64,000 bases of DNA, taken from positions 3,658,001 through 3,722,000 of the forward strand of contig NC_135808.1 in assembly GCF_964213995.1 (NCBI RefSeq), written 5' to 3'. Under the pieces are notes generated by a model that worked only from the letters and a program-made list of their open reading frames with translations, was not told the DNA's origin and searched no databases. This document shows, piece by piece, positions 35,201-47,699 of the stretch. Position numbers and translations under genes: made by a program. Within the stretch, counting starts at the first letter, position 1, and each line of letters starts with the position of its first letter. Source of the stretch: Mustelus asterias. Taxonomy: Eukaryota.

Positions 35201-35930
35201 TTCCTTTTCACAAGACATTCCACCTCTTTCGTGAACCATGGTTCCCTCACTCGGCCGTTTCCTCCCTGCCTGACAGGGACATACCTATCAAGGACACCCA
35301 GTATTTGTTCCTTGAAAAAGTTCCACTATTCATTAGTGCCTTTCCCTGACAGTTTCTGCTCCCAACTTATACCCCCTAATTCTTGCCTAATCGCATCATA
35401 ATTACCTCTCCCCCAATTGTAAACCTTGCCCTGCCGTATGGCCCTATCCCTCTCCATTGCAATAACAAAAGACACCGAATTGTGGTCACTATCTCCAAAG
35501 TGCTCTCCCACAACCAAATCTAACACTTGGCCCGGTTCATTTCCCAGTACCAAATCCAATGTGGCCTCACCTCTTGTTGGCCTATCCACATATTGTGTCA
35601 GGAAACCCTCCTGCACACACTGCACAAAAACTGAGACCATGGCATCCTCGTGCATCAGTTGCTGAAAATAAGTGCCAAGGTACAGCAGGCAGTAAAGAAG
35701 GCAAGTAGCATGTTGGTCTTCATAGTGAGAGGAGTTGAGTATAGGGATAGGGATGTTTTGCTGCAATTGTATTGGGTGTTGGTGAAGCTACACCTGGAGT
35801 ATTGTGTGCAGCTTTGGTGTCCTTATCTGAGGAAGGATGTTCCTGCTACAGCGGAATGCAGTGAAGATTTACCAAGCTAATTCCTGGGGTGACAGGACTG
35901 TCAAATGAGGAGAGACTAAGTCGGTTAAGA
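32215..35930 (+). mobile_element. Older CR1 fragment (32215-33237, resuming 35633-35930) split by a younger CR1
   Basis: SPGPDNLHPRVL, GNYRPVSLSS and decayed RT; continues after the insertion with KLHLEYCVQLWCPYLRKD; GAGAC at both junctions. Confidence 0.8.
33238..35632 (-). mobile_element. Young 5'-truncated CR1 (HER1-like) LINE with open 642-aa RT region
   Basis: ORF 33322-35250 has complete RT motifs (QHGF, DFSKAFD, GVPQGSVLGP, FADD); endonuclease C-terminal part (SDHN) at 35326-35630 in another frame; (TTCTATG)n tail. Confidence 0.96.
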
Positions 35931-36040
35931 TCATAATTATTGAAGTAGCTCCATTGACATTTCAGATTCCACTTCTTGTTCTATTTTTTAAGGCAATGTG
36001 GTTTCTCCGCAAATTGACAAGTCTCAGTTTTTTTTACTCA

Positions 36041-36808
36041 GTTAATGGTAGGGCATTGGGGAGAGTTACAGAACAAAGAGATCTAGGGGTACATGTTCAT
36101 AGCTCCTTGAAAGTGGAGTTACAGGTGGACAGAGTGGTGAAGAAGGCATTCGGCATGCTTGGTTTCATCGGTCAGAACATTGAATACAGGAGTTGGGACA
36201 TCTTGTTGAAGTTGTACAAGACATTAGTCAGGCCACACTTGGAATACTGTGTGCAATTCTGGTCACCCTATTATAGAAATGATATTATTAAACTAGAAAG
36301 AGTGCAGAAAAGATTTACTAGGATGCTACTGGGACTTGATGGATTGAGTTATAAGGAGAGGCTGAATAGACTGGAACTTTTTTCTCTGGAGTGTAGGAGG
36401 CTGAGGGGTGACCTTATAGAGGTCTATAAAATAATGAGGGGCATAGATCAGCTAGATAGTCAATATCTTTTCCCAAAGATAGGGGAGTCTAAAACTAGAG
36501 GGCATGGGTTTAAGGTGAGAGGGGAGAGATACAAAAGTGTCTCGAGGGGCAATTTTTCACACAGAGGGTGGTGAGTGTCTGGAACAAGCTGCCAGAGGTA
36601 GTAGTAGAGGCGGGTACAATTTTATCTTTTAAAAAGCATTTAGATCGTTACAAGGGTACGGTGGGTCTGGAGGGATATGGGCCAAATGCGGGCAATTGGG
36701 ATTAGCTTAGGGGTTTAAAAAAAAAATAAGGGCGGCATGGACAAATTGGGCCAAAGGGCCTGTTTCCATGCTGTAAACCTCTATGACTCTATGACTTTAT
36801 GACTCTAA
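36041..36808 (+). mobile_element. CR1 3' fragment
   Basis: EQRDLGVHVHSSLK...[14 protein letters not shown]...; (CTCTATGA)n tail. Confidence 0.92.
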
Positions 36809-37260
36809 GTCATCGGATAGTGTTGTTTCATATTGACTTGATTTTAATTAATATGAATTTTCTGAACGAGCAGGCATTTTTTACCCTCCTCAGCCCTGGG
36901 GGCCAAGTTGCCCCTCCCCTCTGTGGTGAACCATCGTTGGTTACCACTGTGGGGTTATTCCAATGTTACTGTTGGGTTAGGGTGTTGCCACTGTGGGGGT
37001 TGTTATAATGTTGTTGGGTTAGGGTGTTTACCTGTGGTAGATGTTGTTATGGCACATCTCGGTCGGGCCCCGCCTCCTGGAGAGAGGTATAAGACCCTCT
37101 GCTCAGGCGGGACCCCTCCAGTCTGAACTGGTGTACTCGTGTTAGTTAGTTCCATTGTTTGCTAATAAAAGCCTTCAATAGCTGAAGCCTTGTACCTCGT
37201 GCTTGATTGTCGCGCATCAATTTTATTAGCAAACATAAAACTCTCGACAGTAAAGGGAGT

Positions 37261-38457
37261 ATGGAACAAATGCTAAAACCAGAGCGTCTGACGTTGGACC
37301 CACGTGCGGTCGGTGCCACTAACACCTTCGACCACTGGTTGAAGTGTTTCGAGGACTACCTGGCAGCCTCTGCAGCTGTTACTACGGACGACGACAAACT
37401 CCAGGTCCTCCACGCGAGGGTAAGCGACACGGTCTACCTTGCGATTCGTGCGGCCACCACTTACCCGAGGGCCATCGAGCTCTTGAAGAAACGATACACG
37501 AGACCACCCAACGAGATCCACGCTTGTTACCTCCTCGCTACACGACGTCGGCAGTCGGGCGAAACCATGGAGGACTACGCCAATGAGCTCTTGCAGCTTG
37601 CCAGGGGCTGTGACTGCAAAGATGTGTCGGCTGAGCAATATATGTACGACCTCGCCCGAGATGCGTTCGTAGCAGGGGTAGGGTCCTCGTACATCCGGCT
37701 TAAGCTATTAGAGAAAGGGAACCTCAACTTGACCCAAGCGATGGAGATGGCTGAGATGCTGGAGGCAGCGTCGAAAAGCTTGGCTCTGTACCCCGAAGAC
37801 CACGCGGAGACAATGTGGCAGGAGCAAGCACAAATCCCTCCTCGCCCCACGGGCTCGCGCTCCCATATCGATCCGACGACGGCGGCAGCTCCAGGCGGCC
37901 AGCGATGCTATTTTTGCGGCGGAGCCAAACATCCACGGCAACAGTGTCCAGCAAAAACGGCGATCTGCAGTCAGTGCGGTAAAAAGGGGCACTATGCTAA
38001 AGTTTGCAGGTCGAAGCCCAAGAACGGCAGTGCAGCCTATGACCCTCCAGAGCGGAGACAATCTCCTTCGACGGCGCAGTACCCACGAGGTCCGACCACG
38101 TGCGAATCCAGGACGGCGCCATCGTGGCTGACGGAGGAGGAGGAAGACCACCAGGAGTCGCTACGCTTGGCGCCCTCACCCACGTGCGATTCATGGGGGC
38201 GGCCATCATGGTCGACGACGACCAGGAGCGACCAGCAGGGGTCCTCAGTATCAACCTCGGCTGCATGCAGTGACGCCCAGGGGCCAACGGTGGCGTCGAT
38301 CTCTCTGGACCAGACGAAGCATCACAGACTTGACTGTTCCATGATGAACATCAAGGTAAATGGTCGTACTGTGTATTGTCTGTTTGACAGTGGGAGCACC
38401 GAGAGTTTTATTCACCCTGATCACGGATCAACGATCCGTGGCGTTTATGTTCAGTAA
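37261..38457 (+). CDS. Gag (two CCHC knuckles) fused to a truncated aspartic protease
   Basis: CYFCGGAKHPRQQCPAKTAICSQCGKKGHYAKVC; protease motif LFDSGSTESFI; the frame is lost after the deletion junction near 38420. Confidence 0.88.
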   Translation: MEQMLKPERLTLDPRAVGATNTFDHWLKCFEDYLAASAAVTTDDDKLQVLHARVSDTVYLAIRAATTYPRAIELLKKRYTRPPNEIHACYLLATRRRQSGETMEDYANELLQLARGCDCKDVSAEQYMYDLARDAFVAGVGSSYIRLKLLEKGNLNLTQAMEMAEMLEAASKSLALYPEDHAETMWQEQAQIPPRPTGSRSHIDPTTAAAPGGQRCYFCGGAKHPRQQCPAKTAICSQCGKKGHYAKVCRSKPKNGSAAYDPPERRQSPSTAQYPRGPTTCESRTAPSWLTEEEEDHQESLRLAPSPTCDSWGRPSWSTTTRSDQQGSSVSTSAACSDAQGPTVASISLDQTKHHRLDCSMMNIKVNGRTVYCLFDSGSTESFIHPDHGSTIRGVYVQ

Positions 38458-39809
38458 TACGCAGAGGGGCAAGACCAAGAATGATAAGATCTTGCGGTGG
38501 AGAATTGAGCTCTCCACCTATAATTACGATATTATGTATCGTCCAGGGAAGCTCAATGAGCCCTCGGATGCCCTCTCGCGCGGAACATGCGCCATCATGC
38601 AGGAGGACCGCTTGAAGGCCCTCCACAATGACCTGTGCCATCCTGGAGTCACCCGACTCTACCACTTCGTAAAAGCCCGCAACCTGCCCTACTCGGTGGA
38701 GGATGTCAGGTCAGTAACAAGAAGCTGTCGGATTTGCGCGGAATGCAAACCGCACTTTTATCGACCGGACCGGGCACAATTGGTCAAGGCCACTCGCCCC
38801 TTCGAGAGGCTGAGTGTGGATTTTAAGGGCCCCCTTCCCTCAACGGACCGGAATGTCTATTTTCTCAATATAATAGATGAATACTCCCGGTTCCCGTTTG
38901 TTGTCCCCTGTGCGGACACGTCGACTGCCACAGTGATTAAGGCATTCAGTGATCTTTTTACCCTGTTCGGGTACCCCTGCTACATACATAGCGACAGGGG
39001 CTCGTCGTTCATAAGTAACGACTTGAGGCAATTCCTGCTCTCATACGGGATTGCCTCTAGTAGAACCACGAGCTACAACCCTAGGGGTAACGGACAGGTG
39101 GAGAGGGAGAATGCTACAGTCTGGAAGGCTGTCCTACTGGTGCTGAAATCCAGGGGCCTTCCAGTCTCCCGTTGGCAGGAGGTCCTTCCAAATGCGCTTC
39201 ATTCCATTCGCTCCCTCGTGGGGAGTAGCAACCAATGCTACTCCCCACGAGAGGATGTTCTCATTCCCTCGGAAGTCGTCCTCGGGGATCTCCTTACCAG
39301 CCTGGTTGATGTACCCAGGACCTGTCCTTCGGCGGCGACATGTGAGGGCCCGCAGGTCCGACCCCTTGGTCGAACCGGTCCAACTCCTCCACGCCAACCC
39401 TCAGTATGCCTATGTGGCATATCCTGATGGGCGAGAGGACACAGTCTCCATTCGAGACCTGGCGCCCGCAGGGGACGTAGCAACTCCTGTCACTCCTATA
39501 CCCCCCGTCACGAACCCCCTTTCACTTCTTTCTTCCCCAGACGTGGCGCGGTCAGCACCGGGACCAGTGCATAACAGTTATACTCCCATGTACAGCTTGC
39601 CTGAGACTCGGAGATCGGCGCCACCACAGAAGGTTCCAGGATCCCCTGCACCATCGCCTCACCAGGGTCAACCGGCCCGGGAGTCCTCGAGGGGACAGCC
39701 GGACGCTGTTTTGGAGAGAATGCCACCGCAAGCACCTGCTCCGGTGTCGCAACCGGTGTTGAGGAGATCACAGCGACGGTGCGGTCCTCCAGACCGTCTG
39801 GACTTGTGA
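38411..39809 (+). pseudogene. RNase H C-terminus plus integrase, with a frameshift near 39220
   Basis: FTLITDQRS...LRWRIELSTYNYDIMYRPGKLNEPSDALSR; HHCC (HNDLCHPG...CRIC); DDE core SVDFKGP/HSDRG/VEREN. Confidence 0.9.
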
Positions 39810-41399
39810 ATTTTGTATATATGTGACCTGTTTCCGCACCCCGCCGGCCTTTGTTTTTAAAGGAGGGGTGAATGTGGTGAACCATCGTTGGTTACCACCG
39901 TGGGGTTATTCCAATGTTACTGTTGGGTTAGGGTGTTGCCACTGTGGGGGTTGTTATAATGTTGTTGGGTTAGGGTGTTTACCTGTGGTAGATGTTGTTA
40001 TGGCACATCCCGGTCGGGCCCTGCCTCCTGGGGAGAGGTATAAGACCCTCTGCTCAGGCGGGACCCCTCCAGTCTGAATTGGTGTACTCGTGTTAGTTAG
40101 TTCCATTGTTTGCTAATAAAAGCCTTCAATAGCTGAAGCCTTGTACCTCGTGCTTGATTGTCGCGCATCACCCTCATCGATAACTGGTGCCTCGCACCTC
40201 ACCTTGACAACCTTGCCTCACTGCTGGCTCAGGCTGCCTGGCTATGGCCTCGCCTGCCCAGGCCTCCTCAGCCCTGCCAGGGGGTTGAGTCAGTGCTGCA
40301 GCTGCTCATAGGAGTGTCAGTTCCTCTGGCACCCCCCGGAGATAGACTGCGAACTGATAGCACTCTGTGTACTGCTGTTAGAGTTTGTAAATGAAGGGAT
40401 TTTGGTGAAAAGATTTCTGCTTCTAACGACTTATTACAGTATGAGAGAGATTGTATGTGTTGTGTTTGGTGATAGAGGTTGTGTGTGAGAGAGAAACTGC
40501 AGAGGATTTTATGGAACCCACAAGAGCAGGGAATGTGACATGGGAGGTGACGGAAATAGGCTGGATGTAAGATTTTAATTTCCTGATGGCTGATGTAGAG
40601 TCAGCGATGGGTTTTCAGCATGCCAAGCCTTATGCCAACTGTGGCAGGTTCATACGTGCAATTGATTTGCAGAACATGGGTAATCATTAGCGTGGAACAT
40701 GTTATAATAAAGTCCTACCCTCAAGATAAAGTTAGCGATGCAAGAGAATCTTATGGCACCTAATTCACAGTTGTTAAAAGTGATGTACACTTTATGCAGT
40801 TGTGACTAAGATAAGCAAGTTTCCACGTTGAACTCTGTGACTGAAGGTGGATGTTGGAAGTGTTCGGGTGCAGGGAAGTGAGGTGGAGGGAAGGAAAAAT
40901 GTATAGAGTTTGGTGATCAGATGGTGGAGGTGAGGTGGAGGGAAGAGAGGGTGGAAAGGGGGTGGTGTTTGGGTGCAAGGAGTTGGAAAGAAGGGCCTAG
41001 TTTCCTGGGTGTGGTGATCATCCTGTAAGAGGGTGTCAGGTGATGGTAGCAGGCAGGGGTGGTAAGATGGATGGAGTTAGATATAGCCCTTGGTATGAAA
41101 GGGATCAAAGGATACGGAGGGTGGAAAAGCAGGAACAGGTTACTGAGTTGGTTGATCAGTCATGATCAGAATGAATGGTGGAATAGGCTCAAAGGGCCGA
41201 ATAGCCTACTACTACTCCTATTTTCTGTGTTAATCTTGATTAAAATGGGAGGAAGATAATTTTGGTTGGGTGGAATTCAGGCTGCAGAAAATTGGTCGAT
41301 TAAGTGGACTAACAAACAAGTGAAATGAATGAGAACCATGAATGCACATGATGTCTCATGTACATCAGCACTTTTCACACAGTGTAATTACAGCAAGAA

Positions 41400-42560
41400 C
41401 AATGGGTCTCATTCCCTTGATTTTCCTGTAACCCTAGGAGGAGGAGGAAAGAATGTGATGAAGCAGAGCTCTTGCTGTCCAACAACAGAGGCCACTTGGC
41501 CAGTAGCAGACAGCACCAGAGGGGCCCAGACATGGGCATCCAGAGACTGGCACTGATCACATATGGCATCCCCAGAGGATGATGACTGAATGCTCAGCAG
41601 TTCATCTCCAGGGAGTTCAAGGACTTTGTGCACAGATGGGACTTTGAACACATCACAAGTAACCCTCTCTCCTCATAATCCAACTCTCTGGCAGAACGGG
41701 TTCAGTAAAGCATCTCCTTGAGAAATGTGCTTGAGATAACATGGACTTCTATTCTGAACTACTCGGCTTGTGAAATATGCTGAGACAAGACCAGCCCTTG
41801 TCAGCACAGAAAATGTTCTCCAAATGTACCAGCACCCAAGCCAACCTGCAACCTAAAGTGGAAACAAATGTGCGCAGAGCCCTCATGACACAGCGATAAA
41901 GAGTGAAAACGTATTATGACTGCAACACCCAAAGACTCTGCACTCTAGAACCAGGCCAGATGGCCAGGATCCAGACCACACACGGCCAGGACAAACTGGT
42001 AATGGGACACAGCCATGCTCCCCAACCAAACATCTATGTGGTTGCCTCAGATGGTGCTTTCTATGTCAGGAGCAAGCGTCACTTATTACAAGTGCCCGAA
42101 TCAACACAACAACTGCCAGTGTCAATAGACCGTGTCTCCAATCTGCGCCTCCTGCACACTGAAAAAGGAGTTAACACAACAGGCCTTGCAGCCACTGGGC
42201 ACACCCCAGGCATGCCTGATGCCATTCACTTTGTGGACAACAACTTTGAAGACATACCAAGCACAGCCAACTGGCACAATCACACGCTTGGGGCATCTGA
42301 GCAGATCAATTTCAAAGTTCAAGGACTACATACTGACCTAGTCTACATATGGACTCTTTTTTAAGAGATTGGGGGGGAAGAGAGGCGAAGGCACCAGGCA
42401 TAGCAACCCGAGCCAGTGCTTTAAATGGTTGTTACTCCGTTGCACAAGTTTGTGCTCTGTACATTATAAATACTTAAGAACCTGTTACTGTGATTCAATA
42501 TTGTCACATGCCTGCAGTACCAGTTGTCTCAACTAAAACGGGGAAGATGGAGAACAGGTT
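41400..42560 (+). mobile_element. Highly decayed Gypsy integrase remnant
   Basis: QQFISREFKDFVHRWDFEHITSNP...SNSLAER near 41595-41700; KTYYD...LCTLEPGQMARIQ; purine tract at ~42535-42548. Confidence 0.65.
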
Positions 42561-43967
42561 GTCATCTGTGCATTGGGGTGACATGTACCTAAGAGGTGAC
42601 GGGTTGGGAGCATGGGAGTTCTTCTCCATCATGGGCTGACACACAGCATTGTAAGAGCAGCTGGTATTGTTGGATAAACCCTTCTACTTGTTCGTCCATT
42701 GTTGTTAATCTATACAACCCAGAACCTTCTACAACTCGATCATTGCTGCTGTGTTTCCTACCTTACAACAGTAACTATGCTTCAAAAGTACTTCACAAGC
42801 TGCAAAACACTTCAGGAGATCCCGAGGCTGTGAAAGGTGTTTCGCCTTGGCTTTGGGCCTTGGGGTTTGGTGTTTCTTTAGAGTAGTGCCTGTCACCCTA
42901 AGAATATACCATGGGCTTTTATTTGTAAAAACTGTTTTTGTTTACATACAGATCTATGTGCATCTGAATACTCTACACAAGGTTGAACTTCTACTTCTCA
43001 CCAGATCTCAGTTACTTAGGGCAGAATTTTCCCAAACTTTGTCTGAGTGTCAGATTCAGTCTGAAATCCGGTATGCATCGCTCCAGCCCAGTTTTCACTC
43101 TGGACGTTCTGACGCTCAGTGCAAAGAGAATTTGGGGATGTGGTTTCTACTGTCACTTTGACAGGGTCAGGCCAGATCAAGCCAGCAAGGCCAGCTCCAC
43201 AGAGATTGGGGTGCCACCTTTAAAAGTCGCAGGGACACAGAGGACCCCCAACAAGCATTGGGGCCATCCTCACCTCCACCACATGGGTATTGGGGCACTT
43301 ACCACCTCCCCCACATAGATTAGATGGCGTGGTTATCAAAACTGGTTTTCGCTTTTGAAAGCCATAGTGATTTGCACCAGTGTAACATCACACCGGCTGG
43401 GTAGGGCCACAGCTAAATCCCACCACTGTCATGTGACATTGATTCATAGTTACATCAGCATTGAGTGCTCTGTAAGTTAACCCTTTAGTTTACAAAGGCA
43501 TGATATAAATGCAAGTGATTTCTGATTTCTGGACAGTATCTGCAGTCAAAAACTGTGGAAGCCCATGCATTTTCGTCATTCCTTGATCCACCTTGCTCCA
43601 GAATTTGGGTTGTTTCTATGACAGGACATCAGTCAAAGTCTCAAGAGCTTTGATTCAAAGACACTTTGAAAATAAAACGCACTGTCTCAGGGTGCTGCCT
43701 GCCAGTGAGACACTTCACCGCTGACCAAACCAGTGGTTAAGTTATTACTTGCTGGTATATTTTATGGGGAGGGGCTGGATCAATAAGAGATTGTCACAAC
43801 TCAATGGAGGTCCAATGTTAAATGCCTCAAAATGATAATCTTTAGATTCAAGCTTCCAATTTCTTACACACTAATAACCCAATCTGGATGGAATTATCAA
43901 ATGCTATCAAGGAACATGAGAACAGGAGGAGTCCATTCAGTGCCTCAGGCCTGTTCCACCATAACTT

Positions 43968-44315
43968 GGGCGGCACGGTAGCACAGTGGTTAGCGCTGCT
44001 GCTTCACAGCTCCAGGGACCTGGGTTCGATTCCTGGCTCGGGTCACTGTCTGTGTGGAGTTTGTACATTCTCCTCGTGTCTGCGTGGGTTTCCTCCGGGT
44101 GCTCCGGTTTCCTCCCACAGCCCAAAGATGTGCGGGTTAGGTTGATTGGCCATGCTAAAATTGCCCCTTAGTGTCCTGAGATGCGTAGGTTAGAGGGATT
44201 AGTGGGTAAATATGTAGGGATATGGGGGTAGGGCCTGGGTGGGATTGTGGTCGGTGCAGACTCGATGGGCCGAATGGCCTCTTTCTGTACTGTAGGGTTT
44301 CTATGATTTCTATGA
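43968..44315 (+). mobile_element. Full-length HE1-like V-SINE
   Basis: Near-identical to 28857-29199. Confidence 0.9.
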
Positions 44316-44921
44316 TAACTTCATCTAACCTGCAATAAAATCTGGAAATCCCTTTCAAAGAGCCAGCACAGGTACAATAGCTGAATGGCCTCATTCTGTG
44401 CTGTAATATTTTAGACAGTCGGCGGAGTTTTCCATTTTGTGCTGGCTGAGGCGAGAAAGCCGATGTGTTGCTCTCCAGCTGCACAGCCGGGTTTTCTCTC
44501 CAAATAATCTGGCACTGTGCGCAGGAAAGATCTGGAGGTGTGGCCCATGCCATCACGCTGGCGGGGCAGGACGTAATAAATCCATGCTGGCTCTACAGAG
44601 ATCATGGCATTATTTTTAAAAGGTGCTCCAACCTGCGCTAAAAAAATACAAACTCCCCCCTGGATAAATGGAACCCTGCCCCCCCGACACACAGATAAGG
44701 GCACCCAGCCCCCAACAACACACACACAGGCAACCCACCACTTCCATGGATAAGGGGAACTTTCCTAAAGGAGCTCCCCAGAGAGGCTCCTCGGCATCGT
44801 CCCCCAGCACTGGCCCCTGGCATTGCCCTCTGGCTCTGCTCCATAGCACCCTAACACGGCTGGGGGAGCAGCCAGGAGGCAGTGCTGGGGTCAATGCCAA
44901 GGATGCCAGGGGACAGAACCA

Positions 44922-45268
44922 GGGAGGCGATGGCCTAGTGGTTTCACTGGATTATTAATCCAGAAACTCAACTGATGTTCTGGGGACCCAGGTTTGAATC
45001 CCGCCACGGCAGATGGTGGAATTTGAATTCAATAAAAAAAATCTGGAATTAAGAATCTGCTGCTGATGATGAAACCATTGTCGGAAAAATCCATCTGGTT
45101 CACAAATGTCCTTTGGGGAAGGAAATCTGCCGTCCTTAACTGGTCTGGCCTACATATGACTCCAGAGCTACAGCAAGTGGTTGACGCTCAACTGCCCTCT
45201 GTACAAGGGCAACTAGGGATGGGCAATAAATGCCAGCAATGCCCATGTCCCACGATTGAATTTTAAAA
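44922..45268 (+). mobile_element. tRNA-derived SINE of a different family, nested in a MITE-like element (~44415-45620)
   Basis: A/B-box-like GGCCTAGTGG and GGTTTGAATCC; tail GGGCAACTAGGGATGGGCAATAAATGCC shared with the LINE end at ~11475. Confidence 0.7.
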
Positions 45269-47699
45269 AGTCCCCCTCTGCCCCCCCCCCCACCCCTCCC
45301 AGGGGCTGTACTTATCTCTGCGTCCCTTCGCCTGCTTCACGCTTTGCAAAAGTGGATGTAAACCTTGCAACCTAGCATCATGTCAGTGAGGGGGTATATC
45401 TTAATGTGGAGGGGTGATTTGGCGGAGAAGCTTGCTAATAATATGTAAATGTATTGAAATGCCGTTTCTGACCTTCCTTGTTACATCATCAGCAGTGGGG
45501 AGGAGGGAGGGGAGATCAGAAAACGAGATCTCACCGGCAAGATTCTCATTTTCCAAGTCTCGAGGGAATTTGCGCCATATCGTGGGCACATGGCAAACAG
45601 GGGCACAAAATCTGTCCCCCAAAATCTCTCAAACAACTTTGCTGCAATCTTAAGGTGTGCTGTTGAGAACTTCCACCAATGAAGGACATAGTTTCTCCAT
45701 ATATATCATATCAAATCCTTTAAATATTTAAACATCTCACCTAATCTGTCAACACCTCCTTGCAACTTGGCCCATCAACCCAACTAACTGTGTCTAATTT
45801 AGTGACAAGAGGTTCCTGACAGGTCACCCACTCACACCCTTAACTGGGCACAGCTATAGTATGGAGGGGAAACCACCTTGCAGCCAGGATCAGCACTCCG
45901 CCTCCCAGACAGAGATAAATGTCAGTACTGTGGGAAACAATGTACACTTTGAGAAGGCTGGTTGCAAAGGGCAAGGTCAGGTTTTCTGGCATTTAGCACC
46001 ACCTCATCATTGAGTGTGATTGAAGGTGACGATAATGTGTGGCTGAATCCTGAGCTCCAGGTCTCATTGTCAAACACATGCCAGGGCTGTGAGTTCCAAG
46101 GAAGAAGAGAGAAGTAACCAAATTGTAAGTCTTTTTGACATTTCCAATTATTGATTCTGCACTTCGCTCTAATCAAACAGGGCAGAAAAATTCCTCTGGT
46201 CTCTAAACAGTATCATTGTCCCTGATGGAATTTAACAGTGGATTAACTCTATAATGCAGATCACCGACATTTTCCAGTTTAGGATGTCTGTGCGGAGTCT
46301 GCATGTTCGCCCCGTGTCTGCGTGGGTTTCCTCCGGGTGCTCCGGTTTCCTCCCGCAGTCTGAAAGACGTGCTGGTTAGGTGCATTGACCTGAACAGGCA
46401 CCGGAGTGTGGTGACGAGGGGAATTTCACAGTAGGGTTTAGTGCTCAGATTAGGAATATTTTTACATCGGGGCGGGCTAGTTAGATACTTAATTTGTGAT
46501 ATAAGAACATAAAAAATGGGAGGAAGCCATTTGGCCCCTTGAATGAGCTCTGCCATTCAGTATGATTATGAATGATCTTCTACCCCAAGCCCACTTCTCG
46601 CACTATCCCCTTGATTCCTTTGTGTCCAAATATTTGTGTGAAGTATGGGGAAAATATGGGAAATTGGGATTGAAAGATAAAACTGTGTTTTTCAAAAGTA
46701 ACAGCATAAGTTCGATGGGCTGAATGGCCTTTCATTACTATATCACTCTAGTGCTGACAAATAAAAACATTCTGGGGATTTTGGACATTGGTAGCAAGGC
46801 CAGCAATTTAAATTTCATTTTTGTTCATTTACAGGATGTGAGTGTTGCTGACTAGGCCACCATTTATTGCCCATCCCAGTCCCCCTTGAGCAAGACATGG
46901 TAAGCAGTTTTCTTAAACTGTCATACAGTTTACAGTTTTTTTACATCAATAATGGTTACTATTAATAAGACTAGCTTTCTAGATTTTCTGTCCAACTGAA
47001 TTTAGAACCCTACCCGCTACCATGGTGGGGTTTGAATTCAAGCCACCAGAGCATTAACATTGGGGTTGCCAATCCAGTGATAATGCCACTTTGCTACCAT
47101 TTCACACCATGTACATGCAACTTGAAGAAATACGTTTGAATGATAGTCACCGTTGTAACATGGCAGCCAATTTGATGCACAGCAAGCTCCCACAAACAGA
47201 AACACGATAGTGACCAGATAAGCTGTTTTTGTGATGTTGGTTGAGGGATGAATATTTACCAGGACATTGGAGAGAACTCCCCTACCTTCTACGTGGAACT
47301 GTGTAACGTCACTAACTAAGCTCAGACCTATTTCCAGAGGTTTGGTCACATGACCTTTCATCTCTATCTGTCCCACCCACAGGCTCTCACCATTAGTTGC
47401 CTGGCACATGCACTTAGTCCCAAAAGCCAATTTGAAATTGGCAAATTGAAATTAAATAGGTTATTCATTACATGATTGGATGCATTTTGACTGTCAGTCA
47501 AACAGTCTTTACTTCTCCCCGTCTCCAATATTTTTCAAATTATGTTTTCATGTCCATAGGATTTTTCTCCAGGGTTGTTGATTGTGGTGTTCTGTATAAA
47601 TTTTGGAAACTTTGGATCAATCCTGGAGAGTTGGCAAGTCCACAAGTGATGACATTGCAACTCCACACATGTCCACTGTCCCAAAATGTCACAATCTAT

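Larger units (their letters stand above)
36922..40170 (+). mobile_element. Young non-autonomous Gypsy (Mag-like) LTR retrotransposon
   Basis: 298-bp LTRs 36922-37219 and 39873-40170 (TG...CA; five transitions seen between them); 5-bp TSD CCCTC; PPT AAAGGAGGGGTGAA at 39859-39872; gag, protease stub and integrase inside. Confidence 0.97.
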
